From a candidate division WS6 bacterium GW2011_GWF2_39_15 (lineage in GTDB: Bacteria > Patescibacteriota > Dojkabacteria > SC72): 64,000 nucleotides of DNA. The stretch spans positions 198,409 through 262,408 of the forward strand of contig LBWK01000001.1 of the NCBI GenBank assembly GCA_000993565.1, in the 5' to 3' direction. The number at the start of each line of letters is the position of its first letter. Position 1 is the first letter of the stretch. Both the position numbers and the translations under genes were made by a program. Positions 35,866-44,875 of the stretch are shown here, in pieces. A model generated the notes under the pieces. That model was not told where the DNA came from. It was given only the letters and a program-made list of their open reading frames with translations, and did no database searches.

Positions 35866-38319
35866 ATGAAAATCTCGGTTAATTGGCTAAAACAATATAC
35901 TGATATAGACCTTAAAACAGATGATCTTGTTCATGCTCTTGAGACAAAGGTCGGGGCTGTTGAGGAAGTTATTGATCTAAGTGAGAAGTATAAAGGGATT
36001 ATAACTGCGGAAATTATGAGCAAGAAAGAACATCCCGATGCCGACAAACTGGCTATATACCAGTTAAACATAGGGGGTAAAGAGATACAGGTTGTAGCAG
36101 GGGACAAGACGCTAGTTGCAGGAGACAAAGTAGCATACTTTGCACCTGGTGTTAAAGTCCCGTACAACGCACACCCGGAAAAATATGATGGTGTAGTATC
36201 AAAGATCTCCCTTAGAGGAGTCGAATCCGAAGGAATGATGGCCTCAGAAATAGAACTGGATTTAGGTGCAGACCACAGCAAAGTGATGAGGCTTGATCCT
36301 TCCGTAAAGGCAGGTGAGAGTTTCGCCAAACTTTATGACCTTGACGACGTGATAATAGATATAGAGAATAAAGCATTGGCAAATAGAGGCGACCTATTTG
36401 GCATATTGGGAATTGCAAGGGAGCTCAGCGGTATACAAGGCAAACCTTTTTCATCACCGGATTGGTATGCAAAACCCAATATTGAAGAAAACGACCAAAT
36501 TCCCCTCAAAATTACTAACGAGATCGAAGCTTTTTGCAGAAGATATATCGGATTTATAATGGATAACGTAACTATCTCTGAATCACCCACATGGCTGAAA
36601 AGCCTTCTTTCAAAGGTGGGGATCAGACCAATCAACAATGTTGTCGATATAACTAACTACATGATGTACCTGACTTCTCAGCCGTTACACGCATTTGACC
36701 TGGATAAAGTGTTGGCAAAATCAGGCAAAAAAGAGACTGAAATTCTCATTCGGCTTGCTAAAAACGGGGAGACCATTACAACTCTGGACGGAAAAACTGT
36801 TGTTCTGGATGACAGTACTATGGTAATTACAGATGGCAACGATCCAATAGCAATTGCCGGCGTTATGGGAGGATTGGACACAGAGATCGATAACACCACC
36901 AAACGAATTATTATAGAGAGTGCTTCCTTTGACAGATACAATATTAGAAAGACATCTATGAGGCTTGGGCTTTTCACAGAAGCAGTAACCCGATATACCA
37001 AGGCCCAGGATCCTAACCAGTGTTTACCTACCATTGCTAAGACTATAGAGTTGGTTAAAGAACTCGCAGGCGGAAAAGAAGCAAGCAAACTATATGATAA
37101 TTATATTCAGCCTGTCACTCCTAAAACACTGGATATTAATATCCAGAGGCTGAATACCATAATTGGTACAGAGTTATCAAAGGATGAAGTTGCAACTATC
37201 TTGAAAAATCTTGAGTACTCAGTAGAGGAGAGTGATGATATGCTGCACGTTGCAGTACCTACATTCCGACAGGATGTACAGATTGCTGAAGATCTCTACG
37301 AGGATATTGCAAGACATTTCGGTTACAACAATATCAAGCTAACATTGCCGTCAAGGTCAATCTCACCTGCATCGGTGAATCAGATGTATGAATTCAAAAG
37401 GAAATTAAGAGGTATTGTGAGCGGGGCAGGAGCAAATGAGATCCTTACATACAACTTTATAGATTCAAAGGTACTAGGCAGATATAACATTAATTTAGAT
37501 AGTGCGTACAAGCTCAAGAATCCTCTTTCACCTGAACTTGAGTATATGAGGTATTCACTTCTTCCTTCCATTCTTGAGAAGGTTTCATTTAACATGGATC
37601 AAGGGTATTCCAAGTTCATTCTTTATGAGATTAACAAAGGACATAGCAAGGATGAACAGGACGAAGAGGGTCTTCCTTACGAACGGGAATATTTAGGTGC
37701 AGTTGTTGTAAATCCTGATTATAAGGGTAATTCATACTATAGTTCTAAAGCCCTCCTTTCTAAGATTCTTAAAGAGCTTAATATCAAAACCTATGATCTG
37801 ATTCTGCTTAAAGATGCTCAAGAAGGAAAATCCAAATGGACAGATAGATATAGTAAGATGCTGGATGTAAATAAGAGTGCCGTTTTGGTTATAAATGAGC
37901 TGTATGTTGGTGTAGTAGGGCAGTTAAGTACGAATGTATCAGCAAAGTCTAAAACTCCTGAGTATATTTCTATGCTAGAACTCGATCTTCAAACTCTTCT
38001 TCCCCTTGCTACTGATTCCTACGGGTATGTAGAGCCTTCCAGGTATCCTAAAACCGTTCAGGATTTCTGTTTTGAAGTTATACTTGATACAAAATATAAA
38101 GATGTTCACGAGATGGTAGAGAGGGTCGTTACAGATATTGATTATATCCATGTAATACAACCTTTAGATATCTACCATAGAGAAGGTGAGGAAAAGAAGA
38201 GAGTTACTATTAGACTTGAGCTTCAACATAGAGATAGAACACTTACACAGTATGATGTTACACAGCTTAGAGGTACCTTAGAGAAAGAGATAGAGAAATT
38301 CAAAGGAAAGATTGTATAA
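35866..38319 (+). CDS. pheT: Phenylalanyl-tRNA synthetase beta subunit
   Basis: MKISVNWLKQY... N-terminus, tRNA-binding, B3/B4, B5 and C-terminal domains; starts 1 nt after pheS. Confidence 0.9.
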   Translation: MKISVNWLKQYTDIDLKTDDLVHALETKVGAVEEVIDLSEKYKGIITAEIMSKKEHPDADKLAIYQLNIGGKEIQVVAGDKTLVAGDKVAYFAPGVKVPYNAHPEKYDGVVSKISLRGVESEGMMASEIELDLGADHSKVMRLDPSVKAGESFAKLYDLDDVIIDIENKALANRGDLFGILGIARELSGIQGKPFSSPDWYAKPNIEENDQIPLKITNEIEAFCRRYIGFIMDNVTISESPTWLKSLLSKVGIRPINNVVDITNYMMYLTSQPLHAFDLDKVLAKSGKKETEILIRLAKNGETITTLDGKTVVLDDSTMVITDGNDPIAIAGVMGGLDTEIDNTTKRIIIESASFDRYNIRKTSMRLGLFTEAVTRYTKAQDPNQCLPTIAKTIELVKELAGGKEASKLYDNYIQPVTPKTLDINIQRLNTIIGTELSKDEVATILKNLEYSVEESDDMLHVAVPTFRQDVQIAEDLYEDIARHFGYNNIKLTLPSRSISPASVNQMYEFKRKLRGIVSGAGANEILTYNFIDSKVLGRYNINLDSAYKLKNPLSPELEYMRYSLLPSILEKVSFNMDQGYSKFILYEINKGHSKDEQDEEGLPYEREYLGAVVVNPDYKGNSYYSSKALLSKILKELNIKTYDLILLKDAQEGKSKWTDRYSKMLDVNKSAVLVINELYVGVVGQLSTNVSAKSKTPEYISMLELDLQTLLPLATDSYGYVEPSRYPKTVQDFCFEVILDTKYKDVHEMVERVVTDIDYIHVIQPLDIYHREGEEKKRVTIRLELQHRDRTLTQYDVTQLRGTLEKEIEKFKGKIV

Positions 38320-38422
38320 CACACTCACAAGGTATTGCAATTTGGCGGTTTGGATTTTGTGTGAGAACTTTTAAGGTTACTCTAATTTCCAGGAGATGCA
38401 GCGAATGCCGCAACTTACCGCC

Positions 38423-38458
38423 AGGGCCTTTCGTCATCAGACGAATTACAAAGGCCTT
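38423..38458 (+). terminator. Hairpin (about 9-bp stem GGCCTTT...AAAGGCCT) about 100 nt after pheT; weak T-tract
   Basis: Inverted repeat read directly; downstream TTACCTGTCTTTCAC. Confidence 0.3.
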
Positions 38459-38487
38459 ACCTGTCTTTCACCTATAAAGGGTGGGAA

Positions 38488-38583
38488 TTACTTTTTCTTG
38501 GTACTGACGTATGAGCCGTTAGACTTCTTTTTCTCCTTACCCTGCTTTTGCTGGGAAGGGGACTGCTTTTTATTGTCAGCCAT
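38488..38583 (-). CDS. Possible 31-aa lysine-rich peptide MADNKKQSPSQQKQGKEKKKSNGSYVSTKKK
   Basis: GAGGAGGTGA Shine-Dalgarno 8 nt upstream of the ATG; promoter-like TTGCTG...ATATAC upstream; below the ORF-track cutoff. Confidence 0.35.
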   Translation of the reverse strand: MADNKKQSPSQQKQGKEKKKSNGSYVSTKKK

Positions 38584-38779
38584 TGTAATCTCACCTCCTC
38601 TCGGATTAAGATGGGTGAGTATATCACAACCCATAATACATCAGCAAGATACCTACAGAAAGAATCTTTTAACCCTCTCTAACAACGGTAGATAGTCCTA
38701 TTATTACCCTATAGTATTGTTTATTAATAATATTTCCAATATAATTCCACATCTCTAATCGAAAGATTGAGATATATCC

Positions 38780-38795
38780 TGTGACGAAAGTCACA
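38780..38795. promoter_or_regulatory. Perfect palindrome TGTGAC-GAAA-GTCACA (CRP/FNR-type TGTGA-N6-TCACA) 20 nt upstream of the 38816 ORF
   Basis: Read directly. Confidence 0.4.
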
Positions 38796-38815
38796 AACAA
38801 CGGAGGGCATAGAAA

Positions 38816-39097
38816 ATGCCTAAAGATTTGAATGAGGACACTTGCGGTGGAACTTGTGGAATCAACATTTGCGAGGAGAGCTGTGCTCTCCAACCCGGTC
38901 ACAGAGCCGGCTGCAGATGTAAGAAACACAAGTACGGAGCGACATGGCCATCACGGTTTGCATCATGGGGAATAATCCTTGGATTATTAATCATTTCGCT
39001 GGGGGCAAATGATCCAGAAGCAACAAGGTGCTGGGCTTGTAAAAAGAAAATTGCTCCAGGGACAAAAACCTGTCCATACTGTCGCAAGGCTCAGTAG
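38816..39097 (+). CDS. Small Cys-rich bitopic protein: N-terminal Cys cluster, one TM helix, C-terminal CxxC...CxxC zinc ribbon
   Basis: GGAGGG RBS 8 nt upstream; CGGTCGINICEESC...CRC, TM FASWGIILGLLIISLGA, CWACKKK...CPYC. Confidence 0.55.
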   Translation: MPKDLNEDTCGGTCGINICEESCALQPGHRAGCRCKKHKYGATWPSRFASWGIILGLLIISLGANDPEATRCWACKKKIAPGTKTCPYCRKAQ

Positions 39098-39181
39098 AAA
39101 ATTGGAGTGACATTGATCACAAACCTAGTTCAACTAGACATGTCACTCCAATTTACAAATCGGAATAGGAGGTTGCAATCA

Positions 39182-42166
39182 CTAGTACTTTATCGTAATA
39201 GAACTACTTTCATAATTATTACCACCTTTAATGGCCACTGCTTTCACAGAGTAGTAGGTATTTACACCTGGCAACGTTCCATCATTCCATGATACTGACC
39301 ATCCGCCTGCGACAGAATTATCCTCCAATGTTGTAGAAAAACCTCCACCGTTCTTTGTAATTACAAATTGGACCTTCTCTACATCATCATCAGATAAAGC
39401 TGCGGTTATATTAATTGGCTGCACAATAAAAGATGCTCCATTAGTAGGAGAGCTTATACTTACGGTTATGCCGTTTGAAATAATAGAAACATTAATCTGA
39501 GACTCGCCTGTTTTACCCTCATCATCATGAACAACTGCTTTTATGACATGTGTTCCTACTGATGTACTGTTTGGAATATTATAACCATACTCATATGGAG
39601 CCGCGTTTATAGTTTGTATCTTATCTCCATCAAAATATAGATCAACACTCGTTACATTACCTTTTGCTCTCGGATCGACCTTAATAGTTACCGTACTATT
39701 CTTTGCAATAGTAGCACCTGAGGCAGGTGTTAAGATATCGACAATTGGAGCATCACCCGGCCCAAGCGGCAGTGGACAATCTGCAGACTCAGGCTCTTTA
39801 AACAAGGCACTCGACCCTTTTATAGACGACAGATACTTCTCATAGTATGCCTGTTGGAGTTTATTCTCCAGTTGCTTTTCTATTACATAAACCGTAGTTG
39901 TGAGACCATACTTCTTAGCCGATTCCAAGTTCGTGGGTTTCTTTTTATTTACTTTGCATACTTCAACTGCAGTTCTTTTATCCGGCTTTGGAGCTTTCCC
40001 TGATATATATATTGATGGAACCTTTTTACAATTACTATCTTTGCTAGCCATGTTACCTGTATCAGCACATACTGACGTTGCAATAATACCTGATGGTCTA
40101 GAGAACCCTACGGGCTTATATTTTGATGCAACTCTATTCATAAACGAACTGGCAATTGGAAGAGGAACTGTAGTACTCCATGCTCCAGGAGTCTCAATAT
40201 TATTATTGTTTCCAGACCAAACAGCAGTTAGAAGACTTTTTGAATACATTATAGAGACAAGATCCTTTGGACCGTTAGTAGTACCAGTTTTTCCACAATA
40301 TGCTCTACGGCCATTGTAGTAGTAATATTTATCATTCGGCTGATCCCTAAAACCTCCCAGATCACAAAGAATCCAGTTAAGGGCGTAAATTTCTCTCTCA
40401 TCCCAAACCCGTTTCCCTTTATTCTCTTTCTTCTCTAAAAGTACATTTCCTTTAGAGTCTTCAACCTTGAGAATTGAACGAATATCTTTTTTAATACCTT
40501 CATTAGCAAACACCGTAAAAGCTCCTGCATGTTCAACAAGAGACATCTCAGCCGTGCCAAGAGTCAAACTCAAGCCATACTGATCACGATGGGTGAGAGT
40601 AGTTATACCAAGTGTTTCTGCTGTTTTAATAAAGTTATCGATACCGACAAGCTGCATAGTGTAAACAGCAGGGATATTTCTCGACTGAAGCAAACCCTGA
40701 CGTGCCGTAAGGAGGCCGGAATACTTATTATCCCAGTTCTCCAGCTTGTAATTTCCGAAATTCAACCCTTTAACATCAGGCACTAATAGCCAAGGTCCGT
40801 ATCCCTGATTAAATGCGGTTAGGTAAGTATATGGCTTAACGGAAGAACCCATTTGGCGGGGACTGATTGTCACATTTACATTACCGTCGATTCTCTTATC
40901 ATTTGTTTTATTATAATCAACCGATCCTACCATAGCGATAATATCTCCGCTTCTAGGATCAATTGAAACTAATGCCCCGTTATTTACATTCCATTTCTTT
41001 CCCAAATTCCTTATACCGTTCCTGACTTCTTCCTCTGCAATCTTTTGAATAGAGAGATCCAAAGTGGTAGTAACTTTCAATCCTCCCTGCTCAACCCTTT
41101 CTAGTCCGAACTCATCTGCGAGAAGCTGTTTTACATAGAAAACAAAATGGGGAGCATTAATATTGATCTCTTTTGATGTATACACTAAGGGCTCGTTTCG
41201 GGCTTTATCAATCTCTTCTTCTGTAACACCAGTCAGATCCTTATGTTTAAGCATTTGATCCAGAACATAACTCTGTCTGAGTTTAGCTTCCTCTGGGTTT
41301 GTACCAAAAAGAGGAGAGGAGTATCCGGGACGTTGTATCAATCCGGCTATTAGAGCACTCTCAGCAAGGCTTAGGTCCTTAACATCTTTCCCGAAATATG
41401 CGTTTGCCGCAGCCTGGAAACCATAGTTCACTCCACCAAGTGGAACCTCGTTCATATACATCTGTAAAATATCATCCTTTGAGAATGCCTGCTCCATCTG
41501 CATAGTGATGAGTATCTCCTTAATCTTCCTGCTGATCGTTTTGTCGTAGGCTTCAACCCCTAAAATATCGTAAAGAAGAGTTGTTTTAACTAACTGCTGG
41601 GAGATAGTACTTCCGCTGGCCATTACTCTATTTAAAACGTAGGTATTATATGCAGAACGAAGGATAGCGATTATATCGATACCTTTATGTTGATAAAAAT
41701 CGACATCTTCGGCAGCCAATAGGGCCCATTTAGTGTATTCAGGGATCTCTTCAAGCTTCACAAACTCCCTGTTCTGATCTCCATGGATTGTATACAACAG
41801 CTTACCATTCCTATCAAGAATCTGGGTACTTAATGCTGAACTTCTGTCTACTAGTTTGTTTGGATCAGGAAGTGAGGCCTCAAGCTGCTTTAGATATATA
41901 CCAGCACCAATTATCAGAAAAAGACCTACAAAGAAACATATCCCAATAAATATATATGTAGCCTTAAGAAGTTTCTTCTTGAATGCACTGCTTCCTTTAC
42001 CTTTTTTATTTGCTGCAATTCTTTGACTTGGCGTCACCCTGCTTCCGTACCTCTTAAGATTACGGACGCTTGATGCATATGCCTTACTGCCGCTTACGCG
42101 TCTATTATATCCCTGGAAATTAGGTTTTACCGGTTTTCGATCTGTTAGACCTACTCGATATTTCAT
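39182..42166 (-). CDS. Class A bifunctional penicillin-binding protein (GT51 glycosyltransferase plus transpeptidase) with C-terminal Ig-like extension and a basic cytoplasmic tail
   Basis: GT51 motifs (ASGSTISQQLVKT, RKIKE), transpeptidase SxxK/SxN/KTG, about 250 aa beta-rich C-terminal extension. Confidence 0.85.
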   Translation of the reverse strand: MKYRVGLTDRKPVKPNFQGYNRRVSGSKAYASSVRNLKRYGSRVTPSQRIAANKKGKGSSAFKKKLLKATYIFIGICFFVGLFLIIGAGIYLKQLEASLPDPNKLVDRSSALSTQILDRNGKLLYTIHGDQNREFVKLEEIPEYTKWALLAAEDVDFYQHKGIDIIAILRSAYNTYVLNRVMASGSTISQQLVKTTLLYDILGVEAYDKTISRKIKEILITMQMEQAFSKDDILQMYMNEVPLGGVNYGFQAAANAYFGKDVKDLSLAESALIAGLIQRPGYSSPLFGTNPEEAKLRQSYVLDQMLKHKDLTGVTEEEIDKARNEPLVYTSKEININAPHFVFYVKQLLADEFGLERVEQGGLKVTTTLDLSIQKIAEEEVRNGIRNLGKKWNVNNGALVSIDPRSGDIIAMVGSVDYNKTNDKRIDGNVNVTISPRQMGSSVKPYTYLTAFNQGYGPWLLVPDVKGLNFGNYKLENWDNKYSGLLTARQGLLQSRNIPAVYTMQLVGIDNFIKTAETLGITTLTHRDQYGLSLTLGTAEMSLVEHAGAFTVFANEGIKKDIRSILKVEDSKGNVLLEKKENKGKRVWDEREIYALNWILCDLGGFRDQPNDKYYYYNGRRAYCGKTGTTNGPKDLVSIMYSKSLLTAVWSGNNNNIETPGAWSTTVPLPIASSFMNRVASKYKPVGFSRPSGIIATSVCADTGNMASKDSNCKKVPSIYISGKAPKPDKRTAVEVCKVNKKKPTNLESAKKYGLTTTVYVIEKQLENKLQQAYYEKYLSSIKGSSALFKEPESADCPLPLGPGDAPIVDILTPASGATIAKNSTVTIKVDPRAKGNVTSVDLYFDGDKIQTINAAPYEYGYNIPNSTSVGTHVIKAVVHDDEGKTGESQINVSIISNGITVSISSPTNGASFIVQPINITAALSDDDVEKVQFVITKNGGGFSTTLEDNSVAGGWSVSWNDGTLPGVNTYYSVKAVAIKGGNNYESSSITIKY

Positions 42167-42181
42167 GCTTGATTATACCAT

Positions 42182-42934
42182 TTAGTTTTTGTAACTTAAG
42201 TACACACTTTTATACCTTTCAAGATTTGCTTTTGCTGTACGATACATAAAATATATAACAAAACCTAATACTCCCCAAAAGATTACATCTATTATGAAAT
42301 CCGCAAGTTTAGGGAAGAAGTTCACCGAAAAGACTTTAAGAACAAAATATCCAACAAATACATATATGAACTGCAGGAATGTAGTGGGTTTAACGGTTGT
42401 AAAATACCCGGACAGCATTTCATCAACACCTCTGTTATTGATCCCGTTCTTTATATTCACAATCGTCTGACCCAAGGCCCACGTTCTGAAACCGGGTTCA
42501 AGCTTATACCTATTACGAAGAATTATATCTCTAGGAATAGCATTTTCCTCATGAAGTGAAAGTATTAATCTATTCTCGCTGTTTCTAATTTCTATAATTC
42601 GTTGATCCAATTCCGAAGACAAATCAAAATTACCTTCTAAAAGAAGATCCTGCATATCAAATTTAGGTTGCACCTCATTAAAAGAGAATGTAACCTTTGA
42701 AAGGTCATAAGCCTCTATGACCGTATCATATGTAATTAGGAGTTTCTTTGGCGTTACCTGCAACTTTGTTGTTAAGATATCATTAACTTTGCTATCCAAT
42801 GCTAGAACATCAAAACTCCTTACCACAGTTTCTCCCTGTTCCAAGATCCCTTCCAGGGTCTTTATGTATTCTCCATTTTTATATTTATATATCTTCATAC
42901 CCTTCATATTAGAAGATTTGGGAATAAGGGGCAA
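42182..42934 (-). CDS. Hypothetical protein with C-terminal TM helices (membrane-anchored PH-like fold possible)
   Basis: Long ORF; hydrophobic C-terminal 60 aa; start among M1/M10/M13 uncertain. Confidence 0.5.
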   Translation of the reverse strand: MPLIPKSSNMKGMKIYKYKNGEYIKTLEGILEQGETVVRSFDVLALDSKVNDILTTKLQVTPKKLLITYDTVIEAYDLSKVTFSFNEVQPKFDMQDLLLEGNFDLSSELDQRIIEIRNSENRLILSLHEENAIPRDIILRNRYKLEPGFRTWALGQTIVNIKNGINNRGVDEMLSGYFTTVKPTTFLQFIYVFVGYFVLKVFSVNFFPKLADFIIDVIFWGVLGFVIYFMYRTAKANLERYKSVYLSYKN

Positions 42935-43000
42935 GCAAGAAATTCATCTTGTGCAAATCGGTCTTTAGCATTATAATCTCTCGCTTCGTTATTTTAATTC

Positions 43001-43030
43001 TTGACAGCACCCATGTATTACCCGTATAAT
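43001..43030 (+). promoter_or_regulatory. Promoter TTGACA, 18 nt, TATAAT, ending 7 nt before the ATG at 43038 (leaderless)
   Basis: Read directly. Confidence 0.5.
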
Positions 43031-43037
43031 ACACCCA

Positions 43038-43352
43038 ATGAAAAGTAATATGAATAACAAAATTGAATTATACAACGCCTTTCTTCAGTTAAAAAATACT
43101 GATGAGGTTGCTAACTTCTGCAGAGACTTAATGACTGAAGACGAGATTAATGAATTTGCCAAACGATGGGAGATAGCAAGACAGCTTAACGATGGCAAAT
43201 CTCAAAGAACAATCGCTAGAAACCTCAATCTTAGCATTACCACAGTTACCAGAGTCAATAGATGGCTCAAAAGAGGAAAAAATGGTTATAAAACTGTACT
43301 AGATAGAATTAATTCTCTTCATCATCACAAACCCGATTCTGCTGGTTTGTGA
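43038..43352 (+). CDS. TrpR-like YerC/YecD-family DNA-binding protein
   Basis: ELYNAFLQLKN...MTEDEINEFAKRWEIARQL...SQRTIARNLNLSITTVTRVNRWLK matches the YerC/YecD Trp-repressor-like family. Confidence 0.7.
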   Translation: MKSNMNNKIELYNAFLQLKNTDEVANFCRDLMTEDEINEFAKRWEIARQLNDGKSQRTIARNLNLSITTVTRVNRWLKRGKNGYKTVLDRINSLHHHKPDSAGL

Positions 43353-43411
43353 TTTTTTATATCCCCTAAAACAATCTAAAAAGTCATAAGCCTGTAGAAA
43401 AGGCTTGATTT

Positions 43412-43489
43412 GGTGACTATAGCTCAACTGGTTAGAGTTCCTGTTTGTGGAACAGGAGGTTGCGGGTTCGAATCCCGTTAGTCACCCCA
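43412..43489 (+). tRNA. tRNA-His (GTG anticodon) with encoded G-1 and CCA; coordinates may lie up to 8 nt further right
   Basis: Cloverleaf read by hand: G-1 plus acceptor GTGACTA/TAGTCAC, D-arm GCTC-AACTGGTTA-GAGT, anticodon arm CCTGT-TTGTGGA-ACAGG, T-arm GCGGG-TTCGAAT-CCCGT, discriminator C, CCA. Confidence 0.85.
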
Positions 43490-43562
43490 ATTATTGCACG
43501 ACATATGAACATCCCTGGTATTCATTTGTTCTGCAATAAGCAGAAGAAAGGAGGTGAGGTTA

Positions 43563-43658
43563 ATGTTCAGCGGACCTGATCACGGCACTGATCATTAGTG
43601 TCACCTGTCCAGAGAGGAAATTGTGGAGTTATCTCCCAAGTTATATTCCTCTCTGGAC
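43563..43658 (+). promoter_or_regulatory. Candidate leader peptide (MFSGPDHGTDH, 11 codons, strong SD AAGGAGGTGA) followed by a perfect 13-bp stem-loop (GTCCAGAGAGGAA...TTCCTCTCTGGAC) and a T-rich tract, upstream of the M20 peptidase and hisS
   Basis: Read directly; coordinates approximate (hand count placed it 8 nt to the left of the ORF-track frame). Confidence 0.3.
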
Positions 43659-43685
43659 CACATTTTAATTTAAGAATAAATAAAA

Positions 43686-44843
43686 ATGAAAGTAGAAGAA
43701 CAGCTGGTAAAACTCGTTTCCATACCAAGTTTTGTCGACAAAACAAATAATGAGAAGATGCTGGGAGAATACCTGCTAGAAAGATTATATGAAATATATC
43801 CAACCCTTCCGGCAGTTAAACAGTATGTGACAAAGGAGAGATTTAATGTCTATGTTAAGCAGGAAAGTCCGAAGTTATTCGTTATTGGCCACATTGACAC
43901 TGTTCAGCCATCATCAAACTGGAAGACCGATCCATTTAGACCTTTAATCAGGGACGGTAACCTGTACGGACTGGGAGCATGGGATATGAAAGGTTCTTTA
44001 GCAGCTTTTTTAACCGCCTTAGAAAACGTAAAAAAGGAAATAGATTTAACTAAACTATCTATGCTTTTCTATGTTGATGAAGAATATGATTTTTTGGGGA
44101 TGAAAAAATTTGTAGAGAAGAAACCCGTCTTAAAGCCAAAGCTTGTACTCTCCTTAGATGGTACAGAAAAGTTGAGGAGCGGCTGTAGAGGACTCATTGA
44201 ACTTGATTTGGAAATAATCGGAAAGAGCGGACATTCATCAAAACCCTTCAATGGTGTAAATGCAATTACTTCAACTACAGAAATTGTTAAGACTCTTGAA
44301 AAAGAAATGATGAATATTACAAACAAGGAGCTTGGGTATTGCACCGTAAACCTGGCATATTTGCAGGGAGGTAAGATCAGTAAAAGCAAAAATCAGATTG
44401 AATGGAAAAGAGAAGGGAACGTTATACCAGACTATACAGATTGTACAATTGAAATCAGGACTACAGATAAAAAAGTGGATGCTGCATCCATCATTTCTAA
44501 GCTGAAGGAAATAAGTCGGTCGGTAGGAGTAAAAATTAATGTTAAAAGAACAAGACACAACATAATACCTTGGAAGTGTGCCAACCGTGAAGCCGTTACT
44601 GAAGAGATTAAAGAAATATATAAACAGTGTTCATTATCCTTCAGTCTAGAAGATATACAGTTTAGCGGCTATGTAGATATTGGAATGCTCGAAGGTGTAA
44701 TTACGGCACCTAAATATACAATTGGAGTATCTGGAGATAATGCCCACGCTCCAAATGAGTATGCCATAATAAAGTCACTCTATAATGCACAAAAAATATA
44801 TGAGAAAATCCTAAAGAAGTACTGTCAAGAAGAGATACTTTAA
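43686..44843 (+). CDS. M20-family metallopeptidase (ArgE/DapE/dipeptidase-like)
   Basis: GHIDTVQP metal-binding motif, dimerisation insert, C-terminal His/Glu ligands. Confidence 0.75.
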   Translation: MKVEEQLVKLVSIPSFVDKTNNEKMLGEYLLERLYEIYPTLPAVKQYVTKERFNVYVKQESPKLFVIGHIDTVQPSSNWKTDPFRPLIRDGNLYGLGAWDMKGSLAAFLTALENVKKEIDLTKLSMLFYVDEEYDFLGMKKFVEKKPVLKPKLVLSLDGTEKLRSGCRGLIELDLEIIGKSGHSSKPFNGVNAITSTTEIVKTLEKEMMNITNKELGYCTVNLAYLQGGKISKSKNQIEWKREGNVIPDYTDCTIEIRTTDKKVDAASIISKLKEISRSVGVKINVKRTRHNIIPWKCANREAVTEEIKEIYKQCSLSFSLEDIQFSGYVDIGMLEGVITAPKYTIGVSGDNAHAPNEYAIIKSLYNAQKIYEKILKKYCQEEIL

Positions 44844-44875
44844 CCTTAATTAATCTATGTTATACTAAAAATACT

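Noticed and set aside
38396-38929. ORFs 38396-38695 (+) and 38669-38929 (-)
   Set aside because: No RBS, overlapping each other and the better-supported small genes and palindrome in this gap; probably non-coding
39107-40786. Plus-strand ORFs inside the class A PBP gene
   Set aside because: Antisense shadows of a well-supported 994-aa PBP
43567-43803. 78-aa minus-strand ORF (TTG start)
   Set aside because: Runs antisense through the leader-peptide/hairpin region and the peptidase start; non-ATG start, no RBS
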